A stretch of DNA of 64,000 nt from IMG/VR virus record IMGVR_UViG_3300005076_000003, positions 1-64,000 of that record; one strand, 5' to 3'. The notes beneath the pieces were generated by a model that saw nothing but the letters and a program-made list of their open reading frames with translations, had not been told where the DNA came from and made no database searches. Positions 8,200 through 18,300 of the stretch are shown here, piece after piece; position 1 is the stretch's first letter; each line of letters opens with the position of its first letter. The stretch comes from a virus. Taxonomy: Duplodnaviria > Caudoviricetes. The position numbers and the translations under genes were made by a program.

Positions 8200-9223
8200 T
8201 AAAGTGAAAGCTAAACGAAAGCTTACAGATATTACATTTGAACACGAAGGTGCTCACCTAGCACTGGTGCATAAAGCTCAAGGTGGAGCTGCTTCAGGTT
8301 ATAAAACATTGGTTATGAAATCTGTTGACAACCGTTCTCCTGAGTTCATTGAGAAAGCTAGTCAAGTTAAAGTTACATTATCTTTACCTGATTTCTTAGA
8401 GAAGTTCTTTCATGTTTGGGGAGAAGATGCTGAGCTACTTGCTACCTTGTTTGGTTATGAACCAAGTGAAGATGAAAGTGAAGAATACTCAACTCAAGGC
8501 TTTTGGTCATGGTATCGTGAAAAAGCAATGGAACATGGTGCTGTAGATAGTTGGGGTGATCCTATTACTCGACCAACAAGTCAGGATCGTAAAGAATGGG
8601 TTGAAGATCAACTACAGGGTATTGAGATTCTTAAATCAGCTACATTAGCTAAAGGTAGTGCAGATTTCATTAATTCTCTCACAGAAGAACAATATTTAGG
8701 TCTTTTAAAAGATCAACAGTTTATTGAAAAGTCTTTCAAGTTACAAGAAGTAAAGAAAGACTTAGATGGTGAAAGTGGCGGTAAGCCTACAAAGGGTGTA
8801 AATCCTAAACAAACTAAGGCTTCTAAAGCCGACACACAGGAAAATGAAATGACACAAGAAACAATTGAAAAAGCTCAGTATGATGCAAAAGAAGTAGAAC
8901 TTCAAAAAGCTCTAGCTGACATTCAGAAAGCTAAAGAAGAAATCGAGTTATTCAAAGCTAAAGAAAAAGAAGCTATTGAGAAAGCTCGTGAAGCTGAAGT
9001 AGTTGCTGCTGTAGTTGATGTAGATGCTTCTGCTAAATTATTTAAAGCGGTTAAAGACTTAGATGCTGAAGCATTTAAAGATGTAGTAGATGTTGTTAAA
9101 ACTCTTACTGCCAAAGTAGATGAATCAGAGATGTTTAAAGAGAAAGGTTCACCAGAGGAAGGCGTTAAAGTTGCTAAATCTGCTGTTCAAGCTGAACTAG
9201 ATAAATTACTTAAAAAATCATAA
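8192..9223 (+). CDS. Head scaffolding protein with probable nested start at 8849
   Basis: Position between protease and capsid; charged coiled-coil C-terminus; AGGAA + in-frame ATG at 8849. Confidence 0.7.
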   Translation: MTDKVKAKRKLTDITFEHEGAHLALVHKAQGGAASGYKTLVMKSVDNRSPEFIEKASQVKVTLSLPDFLEKFFHVWGEDAELLATLFGYEPSEDESEEYSTQGFWSWYREKAMEHGAVDSWGDPITRPTSQDRKEWVEDQLQGIEILKSATLAKGSADFINSLTEEQYLGLLKDQQFIEKSFKLQEVKKDLDGESGGKPTKGVNPKQTKASKADTQENEMTQETIEKAQYDAKEVELQKALADIQKAKEEIELFKAKEKEAIEKAREAEVVAAVVDVDASAKLFKAVKDLDAEAFKDVVDVVKTLTAKVDESEMFKEKGSPEEGVKVAKSAVQAELDKLLKKS

Positions 9224-9241
9224 TAAGAGGATTATAATAAA

Positions 9242-9850
9242 ATGATTATTGCTACTGGTAAGGGTTGTAGACGCAGAGCTTATGACACTCACGGAAGAAG
9301 TCAATACTGGCAACGAGTTAAAAATAAGCATGGCTGTATTGTTAAGATACTGTTTGCTAATCTTGAAGAGTCTTTAGCACTAGAGTTAGAAAAAGAGATT
9401 ATAGCAACTCTCAGAAATGACGGTTACGCTCTTTGTAATTTAACAGACGGTGGTGAGGGAACTTCAGGGTATGTTATGCCAGAAGAGCGTAGATTGTCTT
9501 TAAAAGAAAAGAATAAACATTCCTTAGAGCTTGCTCGTTTAGCTAAAATGAACATGGTCATAACAGACGAAGTTCGGTTAAACATGTCCCTCTGTCAGCT
9601 TGGTAAAAAGCATACAGAAGACACAAAACAAAAAATGTCTGCAACACGAAAAGAACACCCACCAAGGTTTGATAGTAATATTTACACATTTTACCATAAA
9701 AACGGTGACGTGTTTACAGGAACAAGGGTGGAACTTTGTCGCGAATATGACCTTAAGACTCAACAAATAAACAACCTTTTTTCGATCAACCCCTTGAAAA
9801 CACAGAAAGGTTGGTCACTTCAAAAATTCCATAACGGAGAATCAAAATAA
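9242..9850 (+). mobile_element. GIY-YIG/NUMOD3 homing endonuclease, N-terminally truncated and fused to MIIA
   Basis: GKGCRRRAY..ALELEKEII..LCNLTDGGEG and GKKHTEDTKQKMS motifs; first GIY strand missing. Confidence 0.85.
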
Positions 9851-9851
9851 A

Positions 9852-10231
9852 ATGATTATTGCACAAGACACCCCACGTTATTCAGATGTGGTTAAATACG
9901 AAAGTAAACCAGATTTAGCCTTTACTCGTGAACTTGTTGTAGTTAACGATACTGCTAAGACACTGCTACTGGTAAATACAAAGAATCTGTACAAACTGCT
10001 ACTGATGGTTCAGAAGCTCCTGTAGCTATTGTTGTTGGTAAAGACTTGCACAACCTAAGCGTTGCTGTCCCTGCTACCACTGATACTAAAGTATTAGCTA
10101 TTGTACGTGGTGAAGCTATTGTACGTAAAACTGGTTTAAAACCACATAGCTCTTTCAACGATGCAACTAAACTTGATGCTGCTTATGCTTCTTTAGCTAC
10201 TAAAGAAATTTTAGCTAACACATCTATCTAA
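9852..10231 (+). pseudogene. Head decoration protein, frameshifted at ~9964
   Basis: MIIAQDTPRYSDVVKYE..RELVVVNDTAKT continues out of frame into ATGKYKESVQTATDGSEAPVAIV. Confidence 0.8.
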
Positions 10232-10259
10232 TAATAACAATAAAGGAAATATATAGAAA

Positions 10260-11282
10260 ATGGCGATTATTCGAGATTATGGTAACGGTTTTAAAGTTAC
10301 CGACTTAACAGAAGAACTTGTATCAATTCCTAACGAATACGGTCTAATCAACCAACTCGGTATCTTTGACGTAGAGCCTGTATCTCAACATACAGTAACT
10401 TTTGAAGCATCTGATCGTGTTATTGGCCTTATTGGTGATAAAGTACGTGGTGAACGTAACAACGTATCTAAAGATGGTACTCGTGTTATGCGTTCATACG
10501 CAATTCCGCACTTCCCTCTTGATGACTACATTACTCCACAAGACGTTCAAGGTCAACGTGCTTATGGTGAAGAAGGCGCAGAGCGTTTAGATGCTGTACG
10601 TGCTCGTAAACTTATGACTATTCGTAAATCACACGCAGCTACGTTAGAAACTGCTCGTTGTAAAGCTCTTACAACTGGTGACATCTACGCACCTAACGGT
10701 ACTGTAGTTGGTAACTTCTACACTGATTTCGGTGTTACTCGCAAACAAGTAGCTTTCGATTTATCTAATGCAGCAGTTAACCCATTAACTAAACAGCGTG
10801 AGATTGTTCATCATATCCGTGACAACATCATGAGTGGCGAAATGCCTACTGAGATTGTTGCAATCTGCTCAAGCGGTTTCTTCGACAAGTATGTAGATAA
10901 TGCTCAAGTTAAAGAAGCTTACAAATTCTATACCTCTACGCAAGAACCTTTACGTAATGGTACATGGGATCAGTTCCGTCACGGTAGTTTGACACTTATC
11001 CGTTACGATGGTTCTTACAAAGATGCAAACGGAAACTCTGTAGCTCTTATCCCAGCAGACGAGGCTTACTTCCTTCCACTAGGCACTGCTGACAGCTTCA
11101 AAACTTACTTCTCTCCTGCTAACAAGTTTGACCTTGCTAACACTCTTGGAGAACAAGCGTATATCTTTGAATATGCTGATGGTAAAGGTTCTAAGATTGA
11201 AATTGAATCAGAATCTAACCTGATCAATATTCTCCGTCGCCCTGCTATTGTGGTTCGTGCTGTAGCTGGTGCTAGTATTTAA
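10260..11282 (+). CDS. Major capsid protein (lambda E-like family)
   Basis: 340 aa; YGLINQLGIF, IPHFPLDD, IEIESESN motifs; highly biased codons. Confidence 0.95.
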   Translation: MAIIRDYGNGFKVTDLTEELVSIPNEYGLINQLGIFDVEPVSQHTVTFEASDRVIGLIGDKVRGERNNVSKDGTRVMRSYAIPHFPLDDYITPQDVQGQRAYGEEGAERLDAVRARKLMTIRKSHAATLETARCKALTTGDIYAPNGTVVGNFYTDFGVTRKQVAFDLSNAAVNPLTKQREIVHHIRDNIMSGEMPTEIVAICSSGFFDKYVDNAQVKEAYKFYTSTQEPLRNGTWDQFRHGSLTLIRYDGSYKDANGNSVALIPADEAYFLPLGTADSFKTYFSPANKFDLANTLGEQAYIFEYADGKGSKIEIESESNLINILRRPAIVVRAVAGASI

Positions 11283-11287
11283 TTAAG

Positions 11288-11331
11288 TTCTAATACAATG
11301 CAACTTCTTAGGGGTTGCATCACTATTAGAA
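11288..11331 (+). terminator. Hairpin after capsid gene
   Basis: TTCTAATA..ATGCAAC / GTTGCAT..TATTAGAA inverted repeat. Confidence 0.5.
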
Positions 11332-11352
11332 TTATAAACAAAGGAAATAATA

Positions 11353-11805
11353 ATGGCATTAACATTAGTCCAAGAAGTTCGACTAAACGTGGGTTTAATT
11401 GGTAATGCCTATGACCTACTTTCTGATGAAGAAATTACTCACTATTTAGAAAAGAATAAGAACAATGTTCGTAGAGCAAGTTTAGATTGTGGTAAGACTG
11501 TGTTATTCATTCTATCTCAATTAACACACACTAAAGCAGATGTTCTTGAATCATGGGATCATGATTGGTTTAATAATTATTATAAAACATTGCAAATGTA
11601 TTTGAATGACCCCAACTTTAGTTTCGCTATTAATGGTGCAATGCCTTATGCTGGTGGGATTAGTGTAGCAGATATTCGAGCTAATGTAGAGAACTACGAT
11701 AACTTGGTTGTTGATGTAGATGCGGGTATTCCTACAGATGGTGATGCTAGTTGCACAAATAATACAAACCAACAAGTGTTTAAGAGATTCCCAAATACTT
11801 TTTAA
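11353..11805 (+). CDS. Head-tail adaptor
   Basis: VRLNVG..LLSDEEITHYL and PYAGGIS motifs; position. Confidence 0.75.
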   Translation: MALTLVQEVRLNVGLIGNAYDLLSDEEITHYLEKNKNNVRRASLDCGKTVLFILSQLTHTKADVLESWDHDWFNNYYKTLQMYLNDPNFSFAINGAMPYAGGISVADIRANVENYDNLVVDVDAGIPTDGDASCTNNTNQQVFKRFPNTF

Positions 11806-11833
11806 ACCTTTTAAAATCTAACACTTTAAGGTA

Positions 11834-12220
11834 GTGAATATGGATTTACAATCTAACCGTTTCAAATCAGGTGCAAAACGATTGATTGATAAGCACGGTA
11901 AGACACGAGTTTACAATAGTATTGGTAGTGAAACATATAATCGTGAAACTCAAACAGTAGAAACAACAAGCACGTTATACACAATCAAGATGTTTGAGAC
12001 AGAACCAAAGTATAAAGAAGTTAAATCTCCTAACCTTGTTGATAAGAAACTGACTGTATTCCTTATCTCTACAACTGACCTACCTGTAAGACCTAAAGTT
12101 GGTGACTTAGTTACTGATATATTCTTAGGTGTAGATGAATCTGTTGAGGTTGTAGAGGTTAGTAAATACGAAGGTTTTGGCGAAGCTTGTATGTGGCGCA
12201 TCCTCTGTGTGAGTGTTTAA
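11834..12220 (+). CDS. Head closure protein
   Basis: LIDKHG, RPKVGD motifs; position. Confidence 0.65.
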   Translation: MNMDLQSNRFKSGAKRLIDKHGKTRVYNSIGSETYNRETQTVETTSTLYTIKMFETEPKYKEVKSPNLVDKKLTVFLISTTDLPVRPKVGDLVTDIFLGVDESVEVVEVSKYEGFGEACMWRILCVSV

Positions 12221-12243
12221 TGGTTTAATTAAAGAGGTGCAGA

Positions 12244-12717
12244 ATGGCTGTATACGAAGGTAAGCAAGGTATTGCTTCATTAAGAGAGAAGATTAAACTT
12301 AAATCTAAAATGCTTGTCGGTGAATCTTTAGAAAAGATCGCTGTAACCTTAGTAGATGAATCTCCATTAGGTGCTCCATACTATCAATCAAAGCAAGGGT
12401 TAATTGCTAACGATGTAGGTGACTTTAAGAACTCTTGGAGCGTTGGTTTAGGTGCAGTTGACCCTACAGTACGTTCTGCTGATACAGATGGTATGGGGGC
12501 TGTTTTAGACGCTATACACAAGAACAAAGCATACAACTTAGAAGATACTGCTTACGTCACTAACAGTATTGACCACGCTAAAATGGTTGAAGATGGTTGG
12601 GACGATAACCCTGAATATGGATGGAAAGCTAAAGGCGGTTATCATGTTGTTGAGAACAATACAGGTTCAGCAGTAGCTATCTTAGAGGCTGTAGCACAAA
12701 AGGTAAGTAAACTGTGA
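12244..12717 (+). CDS. Neck/tail completion protein (HK97 gp10-like)
   Basis: SP..GDFKNSWSVG..YVTNSIDHA..VEDG motifs. Confidence 0.7.
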   Translation: MAVYEGKQGIASLREKIKLKSKMLVGESLEKIAVTLVDESPLGAPYYQSKQGLIANDVGDFKNSWSVGLGAVDPTVRSADTDGMGAVLDAIHKNKAYNLEDTAYVTNSIDHAKMVEDGWDDNPEYGWKAKGGYHVVENNTGSAVAILEAVAQKVSKL

Positions 12718-12726
12718 GGGTATTAG

Positions 12727-13143
12727 ATGCCACAAAAGAATATTAGACTTGCATTTGAAAAGAAGTTGGTAGCTATGCCTTCAGGGTTGGGAGCATCTAA
12801 GACGGCTTTTGAGAATGTAACATTTACCCCAACAGTAGGTACTGCATATCAGCGTTCTGCACTAGCTCCGATTACTCCTGAAAATCCAACATTAGGTGAT
12901 GGGTATTTCCGTGAAGTAGGGTTTTATCAAGTTGTCCTATCATACCCGAAAGGAACAGGTGTTGGTAACATCACAACAATGGCAGAACTTGTGCAAGATT
13001 ATTTTAAAAGAGGAACAACATTAGTTGAGGGTTCGGATAAAATAATAATAGACAGGACTCCGCAAATATCCCCTGTCTACATCAACGACAATAGAGCAGA
13101 GATTACAATAAGAATTAGATACTATTCAGAGCAGTTTGTTTAA
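12727..13143 (+). CDS. Tail terminator protein
   Basis: AFENVTFTP, GFYQVVLSYPKGTG; precedes tail tube. Confidence 0.75.
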   Translation: MPQKNIRLAFEKKLVAMPSGLGASKTAFENVTFTPTVGTAYQRSALAPITPENPTLGDGYFREVGFYQVVLSYPKGTGVGNITTMAELVQDYFKRGTTLVEGSDKIIIDRTPQISPVYINDNRAEITIRIRYYSEQFV

Positions 13144-13233
13144 ATGAGCACTAACAGTTTGATTAATGATTCAATCTCTAATTTAAAATAATTTTAACAA
13201 TTACACAATTAGCAATAATTTTTGGAGTAAATA

Positions 13234-14439
13234 ATGGCAACAGCTTCAGGTATTAATAAAGTAGTATCTTATAAAAAAGAAACTTCTTTTGGTACATTAC
13301 CTTCCCCTACAACTGGTGGACAAACACTTCGCCGAGTATCGTCTACTTTTAACTTAACAAAAGAAACTTATCAATCAGAAGAAATCCGTACAGATTATCA
13401 ATTGGTTGATTTCCGTCATGGTGTTCGTGCTGTAGAGGGCAGTATCTCAGGTGAACTTAGCGCAGGAACTTATGCAGATTTCTTAGCTTCTGCTTTAGCT
13501 CGTAACTGGACAGCAGCTACACCATCAGCTTTAGGTAGTACAACTATTGCCTCTATTGGTGGTACATACACAATCACTCGTACAACAGGTAGTTGGTTGA
13601 CTGATGCAGTTCGTGTAGGTAATGTTATTCGTTTAACAGGTTTTGCTACAGCAAACAACGGTGCTAACTTACTTGTTATTGCTTTAACAGCAACAGTAGC
13701 AACAGTAGTAGCTTTAAACAATGTACAACTAACCCCTGAAACAGTAGCTTCTGGTGGCGCATTTACAGCAACAGGTAAAACGACCTATGCACCTACAACT
13801 GGTCATACAGACGACTCATATACATTTGAAGAATGGTATGCAGATATTGGTCAATCAGAAGTAACAGTAGGTAATAAAGTAAATACTGTAGGTATTGCAC
13901 TTCCTGCAACTGGTTTGACAACTATTGATCTTAGCTTCATGGGTCAAGATTTAAAACAACGAGGAACATCCCAATTCTTCACTTCACCTACAGCTCAAAA
14001 CAGTAACGGTATCTTTGCAGCAGTGAATGGTGCTTTGATTGTGAATGGTGCTCCTGTTGCTCTTGTAACTGGCGCTAACTTCAACATCAACCGTAACATG
14101 ACTTCTGAAGCAGTAGTTGGTAGTAACATTAAACCTGAAATCTACGAAGGTCGTATTATTGTAGATGGTGACGTCACTACTCTATATCAAGACGGTACAT
14201 TCGCTGGCTACTTTGATGATGAAACAGAGATTAGCTTAGTTATCGCTTTAACAGCTAACAACTTACCAAACTCAGAGTTTATGTCTTTCACTATTCCACG
14301 TCTTAAATTGTCTACAGACACTAAAGATGATGGTGAAAAAGGTATTGTTTCTTCTAACTCATTCCAAGCCCTTAAAGGTAATGGTGCAAATGGTTTTGAA
14401 GCAACTACACTGATGATTCAAGATTCTACTTTAGTTTAA
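13234..14439 (+). CDS. Major tail tube protein
   Basis: KKETSFG, LRRVSSTFNL..YQSEEIRTD motifs of the siphoviral tube family. Confidence 0.9.
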   Translation: MATASGINKVVSYKKETSFGTLPSPTTGGQTLRRVSSTFNLTKETYQSEEIRTDYQLVDFRHGVRAVEGSISGELSAGTYADFLASALARNWTAATPSALGSTTIASIGGTYTITRTTGSWLTDAVRVGNVIRLTGFATANNGANLLVIALTATVATVVALNNVQLTPETVASGGAFTATGKTTYAPTTGHTDDSYTFEEWYADIGQSEVTVGNKVNTVGIALPATGLTTIDLSFMGQDLKQRGTSQFFTSPTAQNSNGIFAAVNGALIVNGAPVALVTGANFNINRNMTSEAVVGSNIKPEIYEGRIIVDGDVTTLYQDGTFAGYFDDETEISLVIALTANNLPNSEFMSFTIPRLKLSTDTKDDGEKGIVSSNSFQALKGNGANGFEATTLMIQDSTLV

Positions 14440-14469
14440 AGTGAATTTAAGTTTTAACAAATAACAACA

Positions 14470-14488
14470 AAGGGGTGAAAGCCCCCTT
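14470..14488 (+). terminator. Intrinsic terminator after tail tube gene
   Basis: AAGGGGT-GAAA-GCCCCCTT followed by a T-rich tract. Confidence 0.7.
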
Positions 14489-14526
14489 ACTTATTTATTT
14501 TATATTTTATTTTGAGGATACACAAC

Positions 14527-14931
14527 ATGGCTTTTGATATTAAAAAAACTAACTTAGCTGAACAAGCTGAAGCTGGTCACGAATTTGAAGTAAAACTACC
14601 TGACGGTAGCTCAACTGATTTCTTCATTACTGTACGTGGTAACTTATCACCTAAGATGAAGAAATACAGTAAAGATTTATTTAATAAAATGCAGATGAAA
14701 GAATTGCAAGCTAAACGCAGAGGTAAAGGTGAACAACCTGTAGACTTAGATGAAGCTGAAGCAACTCTTATTGAATCAGCAGCAGCACGTATCGTTACTT
14801 GGAAAGGTTTAGAGGAAGATGGTAAGGTTGTAGAGCCTACTCCTGAAAACATTAAACGTATTATGCAAGAACTTGATTGGGTACGTGGACAAGTCTTAGA
14901 AGAAAGTGACAATGCTGCAAATTTCATCTAA
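14527..14931 (+). CDS. Tail assembly chaperone (G)
   Basis: Between tube and TMP; ends ..NAANFI over a slippery site. Confidence 0.85.
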   Translation: MAFDIKKTNLAEQAEAGHEFEVKLPDGSSTDFFITVRGNLSPKMKKYSKDLFNKMQMKELQAKRRGKGEQPVDLDEAEATLIESAAARIVTWKGLEEDGKVVEPTPENIKRIMQELDWVRGQVLEESDNAANFI

Positions 14932-15338
14932 GCAATATTCTTGATGACTGTATTGAGTATTGCCAATATCAGATTGAACACACTCAGAGAGCATCTGATG
15001 GATCAACTGTAAATGACCATATTGAGGCAGCTAAGGATAACCCTTTCCTTGCCTCTCTGGGTGGTCATCAAAAGATATTACAAGAAGCAACAGAAGAACC
15101 TCCATTACTTCCAAGTGCTGCTCAATTTGCATGGACGTATTTCTTACGTTTAAATCAAACGAGGCAGTCAGGAGGTTTTGGAGGTTTTTGTGCTATTAGT
15201 TACCAAGAAATGTTAGCGTTCTTCACCTTAGAAGATGTATTACCTGAACCTTATGAGTTAGAGCTGATTAGGGTGTGGGATAGAATGTGGTTAGAACACC
15301 ATCATAAAGAAAAAGAAAAAGCTTCTAAGAATAAGTAA
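14919..15338 (+). CDS. Tail assembly chaperone GT extension via -1 ribosomal frameshift
   Basis: A AAT TTC heptamer at 14919-14925; -1 frame open to TAA 15336-15338. Confidence 0.8.
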   Translation, partial: KFHLSNILDDCIEYCQYQIEHTQRASDGSTVNDHIEAAKDNPFLASLGGHQKILQEATEEPPLLPSAAQFAWTYFLRLNQTRQSGGFGGFCAISYQEMLAFFTLEDVLPEPYELELIRVWDRMWLEHHHKEKEKASKNK

Positions 15339-15376
15339 GAACAATGAGAAGCAAAGACTAAACACGAGGAATAGTA

Positions 15377-18300
15377 ATGGATTTAGTTAAAATTGGTTTT
15401 CAGATTAACGCTAATGGTTTAAAAGACGCTAATACAGAAGTTGATAAGCTTCTTAATAAAGTTGATAACATTGGTGCAAAAGGTAAAAAAGCTTCTTCTG
15501 AGTTTGTAGACGGTCAAAAGAAGGTTAAGGACTCTTTAGGTAAAACCAAGAAAGGTACTGAAGATGTCCTTGGCGCTCAAAACAAACAGATTGACGCGTA
15601 CAAGAAACTGCTTAACTTAGAACAAACTCGTGCTAAATATATATCACAGGGTTTCGGTAAAACTGATGCTACTCGTATCTCTAGGATGGAGATTGGTGGC
15701 GCAGATACAACAACATTAAACAATTATAAAAAAGCAATTGAAGAGACAAATAAAGCAGCTCAAGCTTTAAGACCTTCTTTTGACAAAGTTACAGAAAGTC
15801 ACAACAAGTTCTTAGATTCAATCAAAGGGATTGCTGTGTATGCAGCGTTGTCGGCTGTTATTTATGGCGTTATGACTGCTACAACTAACCTAGCCGTAGC
15901 GACAGTTAAAATGGCAGATGAATACACTGCTATTCAAAACCGCATGAAGTTGTACATCAGCGACGCTAAAGAGCTTACTAAAATCAATAGTCAGTTAGCT
16001 CAATCGTCTATTGAGAACAACGTTGGGTTAAGAGAGACAGCTACACTATTTACTCGTCTTGCTCCATCTATGCAGAAGCTTGGCGCTAACACAGCCGCTA
16101 TTACAACAGTAGTAGATGCGTTTGGTAAGTCTATGCGTATTGGCGGCGCGACAGCAATGGAAGCAGCATCTGCTACTATTCAGTTCTCACAAGCAATGGC
16201 ATCAGGTAAGTTAGCAGGTGATGAATTTAGGTCTATCTCAGAAGCATCTCCTCGCTTCCTTAAAGCAATTGCTGAAGGTAGTGGTATTGCAGCAGATAAG
16301 CTTAAAGAGATGTCTTCTGCTGGTATGTTGACTACACAAGTTATTTCTAAAGCATTGTTAAAAGAATACCCTAAACTGATTGAAGAAAACAAGAAGCTTG
16401 GGGCAACTTTAGAACAAGGTGCTAATGCTCTAAAAACTGGTTTCTTAGTAGCTATTGGTGAGTTTAACGAGGGTGCTGGAATAACTAAAGCAATGGGTGA
16501 AGCTATGATGGATTTAGCTTCAAGTATGCTTACAGGCGCTCAGAATGCTCGTCAATTCGGTAAGGATATTAACACATGGTTCACAAACAATGCGGACACA
16601 ATATCATTAGTAGTAGATGCGTTTAAGCTTCTAGCTACAGTTATTGCTGTACGATATGTGACTGCTGTAATCTTAGCAACTAAAGAGTCTATTCGTTATC
16701 AAATGACTCTCATCAGCATGGCAGCGCAGCAATCGAATGTGACACGTTCAGCTACATTAATGACCACCGCAATTAACGGTGTTGGTGCAGCAATGAAAGG
16801 TGTTCTTAGGTTCTTTGGTGGATGGGCTGGGTTAGCATTAACTGTTGTCGGTGTAGCATCTTCTTACTTGTTAATGAGAGATAATGTCGCTCAAGCTAAC
16901 GCTAAATTAGTAGAACAATCAGAGTTTGCGAACAAAGCAGCAACAGAGCTGAGTAAATTAACTACTGAGCAAAAGAAAAATGCTGGGTTCAAATTAACCT
17001 TAGATATTAATGAAGCAAGTGCAAACCTAGAGAATGTACAAAGTCGTTATGTGGCTCTTGTACAAGTTATGTCTAAAACCTCTTGGACAGGTAAACTTTC
17101 TAAGGATATTAATGCTGTAACTAAAGCTGTTAGTAACGGTACAATGTCATTTGATGAGGCAACTCGTAAGTTACTTGAAATGGGGGCTATCAGTGAAGAA
17201 CATGCTCAGAAGTTAAGTAAACAAGCTACCTTATACAACGAAGCAGCGAACAGTGCGGGATTGTTAGGTAAAGCAGCACAAGCTCTTGGTGTTGATTTCA
17301 AACTTGGTGGTAACGAAGCTCAGAATGCTACGCCAGCAATTGTTGGTTTAAAAGATCAGACAAAACTTCTTGGTGATGAGGCTACTATAACAGGTAGTAA
17401 AATCAACAAAATGGCAGATGATTTCAAGAAAGCTGCATCCGATAGTAGAGCTACCATTGCTGTTATGAAGCAATATAATCTTGATGCAACATTTGCTGAG
17501 AAGTTAGTTAAAAGTTCACAAACAAGATTTAACGCCTCTCAAGGTAATATTGATTCTACACTAGAAAGAATCAAGAAAGCTGAGAAGCTGTTGAACAGTT
17601 TAGATAGCGCTAACCCAGCAAGAGCGACAATTCAACAAACTTTAGATAATGCTAAGGAGTCGTTAAGAGTAGCACAACAAGCTGTTAATATTGGTAAGGC
17701 TGCTGACATTAGAAGTCTAGCACCTTTAGCTCAAGATGCACAAGCTGCTCAAGAGGCTATATCTGATCTAACAGCTTCTCGCAAGAAATCAGATAAAGAC
17801 GAAGACAAACTCTTGGATAAGATCAAGAAGGCAACTGAGTCTTATCAGGAACAGGTGGGTTATGTTGGACGATTACAATATCTTCTTAAACAAGGTGTAG
17901 ATTACGAAGTGGCAAAAATAGTCGCTGAGAAAGAATACTCTCGATATATTGCTGGTAATAGTCTAGCAATGGAGATTGTTCAATCTAAGCAACAACAAGC
18001 CCGTATAGATTATCTTGCTTCCCTATCAATAGAGGAAGAGTTACAAGGTCGTATTAATGCTCTATTGAAGATAGGTGCTACATACGACCAAGCTAGAACT
18101 TTAGCTGAAAGTAAGTTTGCGGATAATGCGGAAGGTCGCGCTGCTCTTGGGCAAATGATCACTAATACATTATTCACTCAAAACCAACAACTAGATGATA
18201 TGATTAGCCAACAAGCAAGTATTAATGGTTATCTTGAAAAAGGTAAGACATTAGAACAGGCTACTATGGAAGTCACTAAAGCTCGTCTGCAAATGATTGC

